A stretch of DNA of 64,000 bases from Hypanus sabinus (Eukaryota). Of the stretch, positions 39,641 to 53,077 are shown in pieces. Under the pieces are notes generated by a model. It had not been told where the DNA came from. It searched no databases and saw only the letters and a list, made by a program, of their open reading frames with translations. The stretch is taken from the NCBI RefSeq assembly GCF_030144855.1, contig NC_082710.1, forward strand, positions 142,166,001 to 142,230,000, read 5' to 3'. Each line of letters starts with the position of its first letter. Position 1 is the stretch's first letter. The translations under genes were made by a program, and so were the position numbers.

Positions 39641-41500
39641 TCACGATATTGTGCTGATATTTTAATCTACTCCAAGATCAATCTAGGCCTTCTCTTCCAC
39701 AAAGTCTTCCATTTTTTATCCAAGTGCCAATCTAAGACTGTCTTATATGTCCCTGTTATGCCTGCCTCTACCATACATCCTCAGCTGTTCATTCCAGCCA
39801 TGTACCACTCTCTATATAAAAAAAAACTACCTCTGACATATCCCCTAAACTTTCCTCCACTCAGCTTAAAAAGATATCCTTTGGTATTGGTCAATGCCTC
39901 CCTGGGAAGGTGGTGCTAACTGTCCACTCAATCGATACCTCTCAAAAGCTTAAGTTGCCTATCAAGTTGCCTCTCATTTTCCTTTGCACCTTGGAGAAAA
40001 GCCCTAGTTTGCTCAACCTTTCCTCTTACCAAAGTGTATGACCCCACACTTCCCCACATTAAACTTCATTTATCAGGGCTTTACCCAGTCCCATAAAGAA
40101 GCCAGCAAAGTGTAGTCATCATCACAGACACAAGAGGTATTGCTGATGCTGGCAATCTAGAGCAGTACGCACAATATGCAGGAGAAGCTCGGTAGGTCAG
40201 GCAGCCTCTGTGGATTTGAATGAACTGTTGATGTTTCAGGCCAAGACCCTTCATCTGGACAGTGTAGTCATCATTATATGGATTCACAGAGAAGGCATGC
40301 CAGCAGCTCTACTTCATTAGAAGTTTAAAAGGTTTTGTATGATCTTTTCCGACTAGTTGCATTGCTGCCTGATAGGGAGACTCCAATGCACAGGACAGAA
40401 AGAGGCTGAAAAGGGTTGTAGACTCAACCTGCTCCATCCTGGGCACAATTCTCCCCATAGCTGAGGATATCTTCAGGAGATGATGCCTTGAGAAGGTATA
40501 TCCATCAGTAAGGATCCTCACTGCCCAGGACTTGCCGGACCTCAGGGATGAGTAACAGGAGCCTGAACATACACACACTTGCTGTTTTAGGAACAGTTGC
40601 TCCCCCTCTGCCATCAGATTACTGAATGGTCTATGAACCCATGAACAATATCTCTGTAGAACATAGAACATAGAATAGTACAGTACAGGAACAGACCCTT
40701 CAGCCCAAAATGTCTGTGCCTGCTTTGAAGCCAATCCAAATATTTTGCTCTCTTTTCACATTATGTTTTACTTACTGTAACCTGTAACAAATTTTTATAT
40801 ATTACTCTGTACTGCAAAACAACAACATTCACAACAAACTGTGCGTCAATGATAACAAACCTGGTTCTGATTCTGATTCTAATTCTAAAGTTGCAATCCT
40901 CTGTGCGTACCGAGTTTGTATTTCATAACCGCTGGGTTAATGCTGTTACCTCACAACTCCTGCGACTTGGCTCCATTCTGTTCCTCAGATACTGCCTATG
41001 TGAAGTTTAATCACAAACAAGAGAAAATCTGCAGATGCTGGAAATCTAAACAATACACTCAAACGGCTGAGTTCCTCCAGCATTTTGTGTGTGCTGCTCT
41101 GTGGAGTTTGCTAGGTTTCTCTATGAGCACACGGGGGCCCTGGAATCCTCCTGTACCCCAAAGCTGAGCGTGTTGATGGATTAGTGACCCTCTGTAAATG
41201 TTCCCTTGTGCGCAGGTGGCTGGTCAGAGAACAAGGGTGGAGTTGATCATTATGTGAGGGAGAATAGGTTTGAGGGAGGTAAAGGGGGAATGGGATTGAT
41301 GGAATTCTTCTGACTGCTAGTCTTCACTCAGAGGGCTGAATGGCCTCCCTCTCTTCAATAGGTGGATACAAAATGAGATGAGATTAAGAGTTACCCTGTA
41401 TGGTAGCGTTGTGAGGGGGATGGCTGTGAGTAAGTATCCTTTTATGTCAATTTGGTACTTTCATGGTCACTGACAATTAAATTTCAGATTTAATTTAATT

Positions 41501-42320
41501 ATGGAGTTTAATGCTGAGAAGTGTGAGGTTCTACATTTTGGCAGGAATAATCCAAATAGAACATACAGAGTAAATGGTAGGGCATTGAGGAATGCAGAGG
41601 AACAGAGAGATCTAGGAATAACTGTGCATAGTTCCCTGAAAGTGGAGCCTCATGTAGAAAGGGTGGTGAAGAGGGCTTTTGGAACGCTGGCCTTTATAAA
41701 TCAAAGCATTGAGTACAGAAGTTGGGATGTAATGCTAAAGTTGTACAAGGCATTGGTAAGGTCAAATTTGGAATATTGTGTGCAGTTCTGGTCACCGAAT
41801 TATAGGAAAGATATCAATAAATTAGAGAGAGTGCAGAGACGATTTACTAGGATGTTACCTGGGTTTCAGCAATTAAGTTACAGAGAAAGGTTGAACAAGT
41901 TAGGTCTCTATTCATTGGAGCGTAGAAGGTTGAGGGGGGATTTGATCAAGGTATTTAAAATTTTGAGAGGGATAGATAGAGTTGACGTGAACAGGCTGTT
42001 TCCATTGAGAGTAGGGGAGATTCAAACTAGAGGACATGATTTGAGAGTTAGGGGGCAGAAGTTTAAGGGAAACACGAGGGGGTATTTCTTTACTCAAAGA
42101 GTGATAGCTGTGTGGAATGAGCTTCCTGTAGAAGTAGTAGAGGCCAGTTCAGTTGTGTCATTTAAGGTAAAATTGATTAGGTATATGGACAGGAAAGGAG
42201 TGGAGGGTTATGGGCTGAGTGCGGGTAGGTGGGAATAGGTGAGATTAAGGGTTCGGCACGGACTAGGAGGGCCAAGATGGCCTGTTTCCGTGCTGTGATT
42301 GTTATATGGTTATATATATG
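41501..42320 (+). mobile_element. Young 5'-truncated CR1 LINE with an uninterrupted 245-codon ORF2 C-terminus
   Basis: ORF 41501-42238: MEFNAEKCEVLHFG..LVRSNLEYCVQFWSP..RRRLRGDLI..FFTQRVIAVWNELP; (TTATATGG)n-like tail. Confidence 0.95.
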
Positions 42321-44609
42321 GTTTATGTGCTGTGGGATTTTTAACTCAAATCTACAGTTATGTCTTTGGATGCCTCCTTAATACCATACCCCACAAGGTC
42401 TCACACTCTGACAAAGCACCTCTCCTTGAGCACCACACACAATTGCTGACCAGACTGAGGTGCTCGTCTCTTGTTTGGAAGCCTGGTAACAGACCAGGCA
42501 TGATTATTAAGCAGGATACGGAAACACTTTGCTTAAACCAATTTGTTAATGGTGAATTCAGGAAGAATGCTAATTCTGAGGCTAACCAATGACAACACAT
42601 CTAACTTTGAATGGCAGATTAAATTAAACTGCCTGATGAGGACATAATTGAGGAAATGCTTGCCGTGTCATTATTTATAATTTGCTGGTTCTGTTGATGG
42701 AAATCCCATTATTCATAGAATATAATTAGCTTAGCTCCTGAGGCTCTGACAACGCAGTGCAACTTCCCGATTGGGTGGGTATTGGGCAGAGGGATGGATG
42801 TGAAGCCTGATGACACAGACCAGACAACTGAAATTCTTCATGGTTTAATTAACTGTCTTTATTTTTTAGGTAATCACATTATTTAATTACTTAAATCAGT
42901 GTTTAAAATGGCACTGACAGTAGAACATTGAACATGGAACATTGTAGCACAATACAGGCCCTTCAGTCAGCAATATAGTGCCAACTTTTTAACCTATTCC
43001 ATGATCAATCTAATCCCTGCCTCCCACATAGTCCTCTAATTTTCTTTCATCGACATGTCTAAGAGTCTCTTAAATGTTCCCAATGAATCTGCCTCTGTCC
43101 CCATCCCTGGCATCAGACTTCACTTTCTGTCTAAAAACCGACCTCACATCCCCTCTTCTATGTTCCTCCAATCAGCTTAAAATTATGCCTTCTTGTATTA
43201 GCCATTTCCACTCTGGGGGAAAAAGGCACTGGCTGTCCATTCGACCAATACCTCTTATCATCTTATACACCTCTACCAAGTCACCTCTCATCTTCCTGTG
43301 CTCCAAGGAGAAAAGCTCTAGTTCACTCAACCTCTTCCTGGAAATGCTGTCCAGCCCAGCTCGGAGGCACAGTAAGAGGCATATCAATGAGAATGGAAGT
43401 TGATTGTGAACCTGAACAAACTAAAGTGAGGCCTCAGTGCTGAGTCATCTTTGGGTAGACAGTGAAGTCTGCTTGTCCTGAAAGTGAAGTTCATCCTGGC
43501 AGAATTTCTGGTTTATCAACTTGGAAATGGGCAGGCTTTATGTAGTTAACTCTCCTGCTGGGAGAATGGCTCTCAGACTTGCAATCTCCGCCAGCAAGAG
43601 AGACGGGAACGGCTGGGACAGGAAAACACCGCTGCCTGAAGCCTTCTCTTCACTCCCATGCAATTCCAACTTTGAAATACATCTCCCGTCCTTCACTTTC
43701 ACTGGGTCTCAATTTTGACTCAACGTCACGCTGCAAGGCTGAATGCAGTGGCTCAAAAAGGTGGGTTCATTTTAATCAGTTTGCATTGTATCTTGTATTA
43801 AGTTTTATTGCATATTCATGAATCAATAACCAATACTGCAACATTTCCCATGAAGCCTTAATTTATTTCACACAGGTAGGAAAATATAAAATAAAAACAG
43901 AAATGGTGGAAACGCTCTGCAAGCTAGGCCATATCTGGATAACAGAAGCAGAGTTAACATCTCAGTTTAAGACCCTTGGTCAGAACAAGACCTTTTGTCC
44001 TTAACCTGATACATTGACTCCTGTTTCTCTTCCCACTGACATTGCCTGACTTGTGTAAATCCAGCATCATTTTAGATTTCCAGCATCTGCAGTTGTTTTT
44101 TGTTTGATTTGCCAGATCTGAAACAGTAGAATATCCCTTTTTAAAGCTGATCCAGCGCACTTTCTGCTTGCTTGGAAGGGCTGCAGCTCCAACACCTCTG
44201 AAGAAGCTCAACACAGCCAGGCAAAGCAGCCGGCTTGATCTGCACCTAGAACAGTCTTTGCTTCTACCACTTGGCAACAGTGGTCTCTGGTAGATTTTCT
44301 ATAAACAGCATCTAGGCTACTTGGAAAGCATCCCCTCAACCAGTGGCATGTTCCACCAAGAAGCATAAAGGCTTCAGGTACAGAGGAGTCTCATAATCTC
44401 GCACCCTCAGATTATTGAAAACCCTTTGTCAGAACCAGGCTCTTGGCTTTCAACCTGACACCTTCACTTTGGTTCTCATCCCACAGATGCACACTGACTT
44501 GCTTAGTCAATCCAGCATGTTTTCTTCTTATTTTGATTTTCCAGCGTCTACAGTCTCTTGATCAGAGTGATCTGCACATTGTCCTGATCTAGACCCAAAT
44601 GGACGCAGA

Positions 44610-45043
44610 GACGCAGAGAGGTTAGAGAGACTGGGCTTGTACAAGCTGGAATTAAGGAGAATGAGAGGGGATCTGATTGCAGCATATAAGATTATTAAAG
44701 GATTGGACAAGATAGAGGCAGGAAATATGTCCCAGATGCTGGGAGAGTCCAGTACCAGAGGGCATAGTTTGAGAATAAGGGGTAGGTCATTTAGGACAGA
44801 GTTAAGGAAAAACTTCTTCTCCCAGAGAGTTGTGGGGATCTGGAATGCACTTCCTCAGAAGGCAGTGGAGGCCAATTCTCTGGATGCTTTCAAGAAGGAG
44901 CAAGATAGGTATCTTATGGATAGGGGAATCAAGGGATATGGGGACAAGGCAGGAACCGGGTATTGATAGTAGATGATCAGCCATGATCTCAGAATGGCAG
45001 TGCCGAATGGTCTACTTCTGCACCTATTGTCTATTGTCTATTT
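44610..45043 (+). mobile_element. 5'-truncated CR1 LINE
   Basis: ORF 44637-44966: RRMRGDLIAAYKI..FFSQRVVGIWNALP; (CTATTGT)n tail. Confidence 0.92.
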
Positions 45044-47404
45044 ACTTTGAACTTCTGAACTTCGAAGTTTCTTCTGTCAGAGTGCAATGGATCTTTGGAA
45101 TTCTCTGTCCCCAGTGGTACTGCAGGCCTGATCATGATATATATAAGGCAGAAATAGATAAAGATTTGATAGATCGAGGAATGAGGATTATGGGGAACTG
45201 GCACAGAAGAAAAGTTGAGGCCAGCATAGATCAACCATGATTATGTTGAATAATGGAGCATTCTTGAGGGACTGGTTGGCCGGTATAATGTATGTTGGGA
45301 CATTATGACAAGTTAATAATTGGCATAATATTCTGCATAATATATTAAGTATCAATTAATATGTACATTTTAATCACAGGCTGGTAGGAACATTGAGCTT
45401 GATTATCCTTGTAATATTTTACTGAACATTAAGGATCATCTGTCCAATAACAATGAGAGGAGCAGTAACAAAGCATTGTTCTTTCACCCACCTATTTCAA
45501 ACTGTCACTGCCAAAAAAAAAAGTTAATCTAATTATATATTAATACAGAGGTTAGACCCACAGGGATAAGTAATATATGTAGATTTTCACATTTAAGCCA
45601 TTAAATGTGATGGGCAAAGATTGCAGAAATTTGATTAGTTTTGTGAGTAATAATTAAATGCCTTCAGAACCCACTTCTCTTAGCCCTTCTTCCCCCACCC
45701 AACTGTGAAAAGTCAAAGCTTCACAACTCTGTGTGCCTATCAGCAGAATTATTAAAGTTCAAAATAAATCTCAGTTGTACTGCAGTTAATTAGTTCAGTT
45801 TATGTGGGTGGTAAACCATAGAGAAATCTGTTGTGTTGGCTGAGGACACTGAACAAGCTTTCTTTATGGTGCAGGTACCACAGTCAAATTTCGTGCTTGT
45901 AATATGGATTCTCAAACAAGTGCAATAATTCTATATTTCTATGAAGCAAATACAAGAACATAATATTATCATCAACCATGGACTGATTCAGTGAATGGTT
46001 TCTCTTACACTTTGTTTTGGGATCCACATGTCATTGCCTAGCCTTTATTTCATCTTGCAGAAGGAAAACTGCCATCTTGAATTATTTCCAAAGAATTGGG
46101 ATGAAGAGTCTGATTTTGTGGTATGTAAGCCTAAATCTGAAAGAGGGAGTGGACTGTTCAGAATGCTGAAAGGGGAGAGTAGGGAAGGATGTGGTTTGTG
46201 CTGTAGCTCTGTTGAAAGTAGCAGAAATTGTCAAGGACCATCTACTGCTGGTTTGGAAAGTGAACCCCGTTCATGCCCTGTGGGGGTGGACAAGTGCTGA
46301 GAGTGGAGATGTCAGAGGTACATGAGCTTCTATAGTGAGTGATTTTAACACAGAGTGCAAGCAAGAATGATGCCATGTTGAATTACATTTCATTATTTTA
46401 ACTCCTCAGATTTGCAAACCAAGCACTGATTTCTTGGAAAAGGTTACCACCTCTGAAGAATGAAGCTGTCTAATTGCTGCAGGTTTAGCAGTGGACTCCT
46501 GTTTCTTAATTAACAAAGGTGAATTGAACTTCAGCAAGTATGATTTTAATAAAAAAAATTACAAAACACCAGGCACCTCTCTCTGGCATTTCAATCTGTA
46601 GCCTGTGGGACTTGAAATCCCTGCTTGCACTTCTGATTTTTCCTTCTTTGCACATTGGCAGGAGTCTGACTCAACATAAACATTTGCCATGATTAATAAT
46701 GTGACAGCTTCCAAGTCTGAATATTTTAACTCTCTTGGGCCTGTACGGGAGGAGGACATTTGTTTCCACACTTTACACTGTTCCCTATACTTCAGATGAT
46801 GGTTTCAAGTCCAAGTCAGATTTAAAGTTGGATTTATCATCATCTGCACAAGTACATGTATGCACAGCTGCAATGAAAAAAACTACACATGCACATAGCA
46901 TCAAATTTTCACAAGTAAACAGCATAAATTAGCATAAATTAAACAAAACTATGCAAAAAAGAACACAATCAGATCAAAAAATCCATTATGGTGCAATGTG
47001 GTGAAAGAACCAAGTGGTTGAAGGGAAGTAGCAGTTCTTGAAACTCTTGGTGAGGGACGGTAGGTTTCTGTGTCACCTTCCTGATGGTAGCTGTGAAAAG
47101 TTGACTTTGCCCAGATGGTGGGGATCTTTGATAATAGGCGTTGCCTCCTTGAGGTAGATACTACTGATGTTGGGAAGAGCCCACTACTCCCTGCAGTTTT
47201 TTACGTTCCTGCAGGTCCACATTGCTGTGCCAGAGCATGAGGCAACCAGTTAGGATACTTTCAACTGTACTCTGTAGAAGTTTGTTACAGCCATCAACAA
47301 TAAGCCAAAACTCCTTAACTTTCTAAGAAAGTAAACCTCTGGCTGATCTTCCTTGTGAATGCATTTGTATGCTGGCCCATATTTGTCAACTATGTTGTTC
47401 TGAA

Positions 47405-47640
47405 AACGGCCACGTCAGTTGTGGATGGCAGAATTCTTTCCCTGAAGTACACTAACAAACCATACAAGTTTTTGCACAAATCAGATAACTTCAAGTGGAC
47501 CAGATTTTCAATTCTTAATTTATTTCAGTAACTAAATTTAATCTCCCAACTCGCCATTATGGGATTTGGGATTTCAACCCATTATTTCAGAGCTTCTGTC
47601 CAGTCCTCTAGATTTCTCATCCAGTAGTTCTACTGCAAGA
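47405..47640 (-). mobile_element. Old tRNA-derived SINE fragment
   Basis: Minus strand GGTTGAAATCCC B-box-like motif, then an AT-rich body. A related copy is split by the CR1 at 41501. Confidence 0.5.
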
Positions 47641-49149
47641 GTGTTGTCCAGATTGCTCAAGCCATTAGTGACCCAGCCTTGTAAGAAACACTGTAACCTG
47701 CTACAGAATGGATCATTTGGATTATTGGAAAGGGAAGAGCCTACTTCCTTGGGACATTCTGGGGGAAAGATGGCCACTGATATTCAATCATGAACAAAGT
47801 GATGGACATACTTTTGAATTTTATCTCCACAGTGGAGGAGCCAATGGCGTTAAGATCCCAGAAGGACTCAAACCCATCCACCAACCCAAGCAACAACAAT
47901 GACTCCATCCAACTATGAAGATAGCGTTTCATGACTTCTAACCCAACTGAACTGGAAAACAAGAAGATTGCTTCCACTGCTGACTAACATAGTCGTACCC
48001 TGGAATATTGTGTCTCGTTCTGCACAACAGCCTTCAAAAAACATTCAATTATTAAGGCAATGCAAATTTTCAGGAATAGTTCTAGGGTAAACAATTGCTA
48101 TATGGAGAAACTACAAAATCTGATTGCTTCTCTTTGGAGCATTGAAAGTTCAGAAGATTTTACTTACCAGGAGACTCTGATGACAATCCAAAATAAAACA
48201 AAAATGCTGGAGACAATCAACAGATCAGGCAGTACCTGTGGAAAGAGAAACGGTTAATTTTCTTGGGAAACTGAGAAAGAGGGCAGACAAGTTAGTTTTA
48301 AGGTACAGAGAGGGTGGAGGGGAGAGGGAAAGATCAAGGTGAGGTTTTCTGGGCTGATCTCAATGTGTACACAGCTACTTGGTTATCAACGAGGGAAGTT
48401 AAGAGAGAGACAAAACAAACAGGTGGGCATGAGAAACTGTGGCAAATGGTCTGACATACACAGTTTCTTCTTCCTTCACAGATGCTGCCTCACCTAGGAC
48501 AAAGAACACAAAATAATACAGTTCTGGACAGGACATTTTGCCCACGATGTAGTGCCAATTTTAATACCAATTCATTCTATACGTCCTCTTCCTGTGTATC
48601 AGCCATAGCCTTCCATTCTCTTCATATTCATATGTCCATCTAAAAGCTTCTTAAATTCCACCAAACCATCTGCTTCCACTATTATTGCTAGTAACCTGTT
48701 AGAGCCACCTACCATTCTCTGTATCAAGAACCTTCCCTCCTCTAACCTTAAAAGCATGCCATTTAGTATTTCACATTTCTATTCAGGGGAAAAGATTCTG
48801 ACTGTCTACCCTCTCTGTGCTTCTCATAATCTTAAAGACTTGTATCAGGTCTCCGCTCAGCCTGGAACACCCTAGAGAAAACAAACTAAGTTTGTCCATC
48901 CTTTCTTTGTAGCTTATACCCTCTAATAAAACAGCTTCCTGGTAAACACCTGCTGCACCCTCTCCACAGTTTTGACAATATTCTTATAATGTGGTGACCA
49001 AAACTGCACATGATATTCCATGAACAGTTTGACTAAAGTTTTATGTAGCTGCAGCGTAATTTCGTAACTGTTATACTCAACATCACTACCAATGACAAGC
49101 CTTCTTTAACACCACCACAATTTTTTATCTTTGTTTGATATTTAGTGAT

Positions 49150-49785
49150 AAAATAGCCAACTTTGAAGCCAAACACCTATTCTCCATCTGCCAGAACAAG
49201 CGGGATCTCCCAGTGGCCACCCATTTTAATTCCACTTCACATTCCCACTCCAATATGTCAATCCATGGCCTCCCCCACTGTCATGATGAGGCCAAACTTA
49301 GGCTGGAGGAACAACACATTATACTCCATCTGGGTAGCCTCTAACTTGATGGCATGAACATCAAATTCTCAAACATCTGGTGATGCCCCCCCCCCTTCAC
49401 CATTCCCATTTTCCCTCTCTCATCTCATCTCCTTGCCTGCCCATCACCTTCCTCTGATGCTTCTCCTCCTCTTCTTTCTTCCATGGCCTTCTGTCCTCTC
49501 CTATCAGACTCTCCCTTCTCCAGCCCTGTATCTCTTTCACTGATCAATTTCCCAGGTCTTTACTTCACCCTTCCCCCTCCTAGTTTCACCTACCACCTTG
49601 TGTTTCTCTCTCCCCTCCCTCCACCTTTTAAATCTACTCATCACTAGTCCTGCTGAAGGGTCTCGGCCCAAAACCTCAACTGTACTTTTTTTCCATAGAT
49701 GCTGCCTGGCCTGCTAAGTTCCTCCAGCATTCTGTGTGTGTTTTGCTTGGATTTCCAGCATCCGCAGGTTTTGTCTTGTTTGCGA
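49150..49785 (+). mobile_element. Penelope-like element 3' part with GIY-YIG C-terminus and hammerhead-bearing terminal repeat (family A)
   Basis: DLPVATHFNSTSHSHSNMSIHGL..LEEQHIILHLGSL..GMNIKFSN; AGTC-CTGCTGA-AGGGTCTCGGCCC-AAAACCTC-AACT near 49646-49681. Confidence 0.9.
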
Positions 49786-51967
49786 CTTTGAAGTAAGTTC
49801 TCTCTAACGAGACTCATAAGTTCAAGTTCTGTTTATATTTTTGATGTAGCCGTCACAACAGTAAGCTGCAAATTAGGAAGTGCTCTGAGATTGTAGAGAA
49901 GCAGAAGCTAGTTTTAGAGGCACAGTGGTGACACGGGTAAGCAGGGTGACGAAGAAGGCATTTGGCATCAGTCAAGGCACTAAGCACTGGAGTTAAGATA
50001 GTATGTTAAAACTGTATGAGTTATTGGTGAAATTAGGTGGAGCGTTGAGTGTAATTCCAATTGCCTAGCTATCAGAAAGATGTGATTAACCTGGAAAGTG
50101 TGAAGAAAAGATTCACAAGTTTGTTATCAGGATTGGAGTGCTAGAATCAGAAAGAGAGTTTTGATAGACCAGAACATTTTTTTTTACTTTGAAAGGTTGA
50201 GATGTGACCTTATGGAGGTTTAGAGTATCATAAGAAGTGCAGGTGAAGTCACCCTGGGAATTGAGGGGATTGAGGGGAAACTTTTTTTGCACAGCAGGTG
50301 TTGTGTGTATGAAACAAACTGCCAAAGGGAGTGGGAGAGGCAGACACAGTTGCAACATATAAAGGACACAAGGTTAGGCACAAGGAAAGAAAAGGTTTTG
50401 ACGGATTTGAGTCAAAGGACAGACAGGCATGGTCAAGGTGGACTGAAAGACCACTGTCTGTGCTGCGTAATACTCTGACTCCATAACTCTAAAAGTTAGT
50501 AGTCAGAGGACAGAAATTGAAGAAAATTGGCAAGAAGTCAGAATCATCCTGTGAGTCATTGAGCTGCAATCACACTCCGCGTGTTATGAGATTCTCTGAA
50601 ATCTGCTCATTCTCTGCCTCACTGAAACAAAATCCAAAATGCAAAGCAACTTTATGAGCAATGAAAAATTCCTGTGGTATTCAACAATCTCCACATCACA
50701 CAGCTGTATGGAGTCTTTTCTTCCCATTACCTCTCATATCCCGAGATATACAGAGATACTTATTCATCCAGGGAGACCTTTCTGTCATCCTCACTCCAGC
50801 CAAGCATTGACTTGCGCCAGGAGAGCTGCTTCATTGGGTCTCTGTGCTCTTGTTTATTTGATTAAACACATGGAAAACTGGGGAACCAGTCTAAATGCTC
50901 CCAACCCTTCCTACGATGCCCAACAGACATCCCCCAGACAATGGAATGCTGTGGAGTACAAAAGGAGGTCAAAAGATTAAACCAATTTTCCTTTTGTGGG
51001 AGATAGTAAAAAGACACAATTGTCTTTATATTACCATTCCACTGTGGTCCATGTTTGAACAAGACAAATGAAAGAGTTTTGCCAAGAGTATTTTTGTGCA
51101 GCTTTGGTGGTTTGAACGAGGTTGGACTACATCTGTATGAACAAGTAAAAACTATTTTGTAAAATGTAAGAGGTTGCATAAAACCCATTGTAATGCATGG
51201 TCACACCTTGAAATTGTGCCACCAGCACTCCAGTCTTCCTCTGCAAAATAGCTTGGTGTAAATACTGGGGCTTCATTCACTGGTCAATAATGTACAGACA
51301 AGTTAATCGGACATTCGAAGAATGGTAAGCTGTTTAGCTTCGGGCTTTATCGCAGATCAAGAATATTTGTTTTCATTTTTCTGTACAGCATAGAGCCCAT
51401 TTAGTCTAGTGAGTCAATACAATCACTGAGGAGTTGAACCATCTTAGATGCTTAAGGAGATACAGCATGTCACTGAACACTCTAAAAAATACTTCTACAC
51501 ACGTACTGTTGAAAGTATCCGTACTATGGGTTGTACTATGGTGCAGCGTTTCCAACACAGGAACACAGGAGGCTGCGGGCCCTGTCTGTTTTCCACCCCC
51601 GCACCAATGGCAGCATCTAAAGGAAGTACTGCCTCAAGAAGCCAGCATCTTTCATCAAGGACCACTGTCGTCTGGCCCATGCCTGCTTCTCACTGGTACT
51701 GTCAGGCAACAGATACAGAAGCCTAAAATCCCACCCAGTCAGGCTACTTCCCACAAACCATCAGGTTCTTGTACTGACCTGTACATCTTTAACCCTACCT
51801 CAGCAATGGAACACTACAGACCACTTCTTGCACTATCATTGTCTTGTCTCTGATTGTGCATTTTATTTTGCAGTAATACCTTGTCTTACCCAGTCCCTTT
51901 CCTCTCTCTGCTGTCTTGTACAGCTCATTTCTAATTTATGTTCTGTGTGTTGTCTGTACCTCTGAGA

Positions 51968-52363
51968 TTCATCGTGGCTATCCCTCGAGGTCGAGGGTGA
52001 TGGCCTTCGTTCCGTTTCCACAAAGCGAAGACACCTGTGCGTGTATTTGTTTAACGTGTACTTGATGTTGCACTCCAAGAAGCACATGATATTTCACAAA
52101 TCAACCAACTGATTCCAATGGCATGGAAACCGCGACGATTGGAGCTGATGGATTTGTTGCATCCGCCTTCACAACCGTTGAGTTCGAAGTAACTTTGTCC
52201 GCCTGTTCCACCGTTGAGGTCCTGGTTGGATTGTTCTTTGTCAGGGACCTCACCTCAACCTTACCGCCATGGGTGACCCTACCAGGAGCATAGCTCCAGA
52301 CAGCATCGCTCTCGGGATCTCAGGACCACACAAGCTTCTCCACCGCGGCAAGGTGACAATCCT
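51968..52363 (-). mobile_element. Bipartite non-autonomous RTE (Expander-like) element: 5' UTR fused to 3' end
   Basis: Minus strand CACCTTGCCGCGGTGGAGAAGCTTGTGTGG..GCTCCTGGTAGGGTCACCCATGG resembles RTE 5' UTRs; ends CTCGAGGGATAGCCACGATGA; CpG-rich, so probably young. Confidence 0.65.
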
Positions 52364-53077
52364 CCATGATGCTGCTGTAAATAAGTTTTTCATTGGGCCT
52401 GTACCTCACCATACTTGTAATAAACTCAGAATGACTTAACTTGACTCTGCTCAAACAAGGGCTATCCTGATGAAGGGTCACAGCCTAAAACATTGAATAT
52501 CATAAATGCTGCCTGGCCAGTTAGGTTCTTCCAGCATTCTGTGTGTGTTGACTTGACTCTTAGGACATCTCCATTATCCTCATTGCTGCATTTAATCCCA
52601 TATATGCCAATGATGGGGAGAGGGGAGATGAGGCTGTGACTATGAAGTCTGGAGGTCAAAACTGGTGGTGGAAGCCAAGAGGCTGAAGGTTAAAGATCAA
52701 AGTCAGTGAGTTCTGAGGTCAACGCCCAAAGGTTGAGTCCGCTCTGAGTCAGCACGCCTGGTGTTCAGAGGCCTGATGTCTGTGAGCCTCTGAATCCAGG
52801 GCCAAGGGCCGAAGGCAGCCTGTCCTGGGGGTGAAGGCCTGTGTGAGTGGGTGGGTGGGAAAGAGGCTTGCTGTGGTCTGTTCTGTTCTGTTATTGCTGT
52901 AGCTGCTTATGTTGTTCTGCTGATTGATGTGGGCATACAGTGTCGGCACTGGAATGCGTGCCAGCACCTGTGAGCTCATCCTGAGGCTAAGTTGGTTGTA
53001 CGTCCAACGTACAAGAGATGAATAACAAATCTGAATTGGAATAGCCAGTCAGTAGTCCCACTCACTCATTGGTTTAG

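Noticed and set aside
41501-42238. Longest clean ORF as a host gene
   Set aside because: It is a 5'-truncated CR1 ORF2 tail with the CR1 3' UTR, and it lacks the RT catalytic core.
42630-42665. CTGATGA...GAAA hammerhead-like motif
   Set aside because: The intervening GGACATAATTGAG cannot form helix II.
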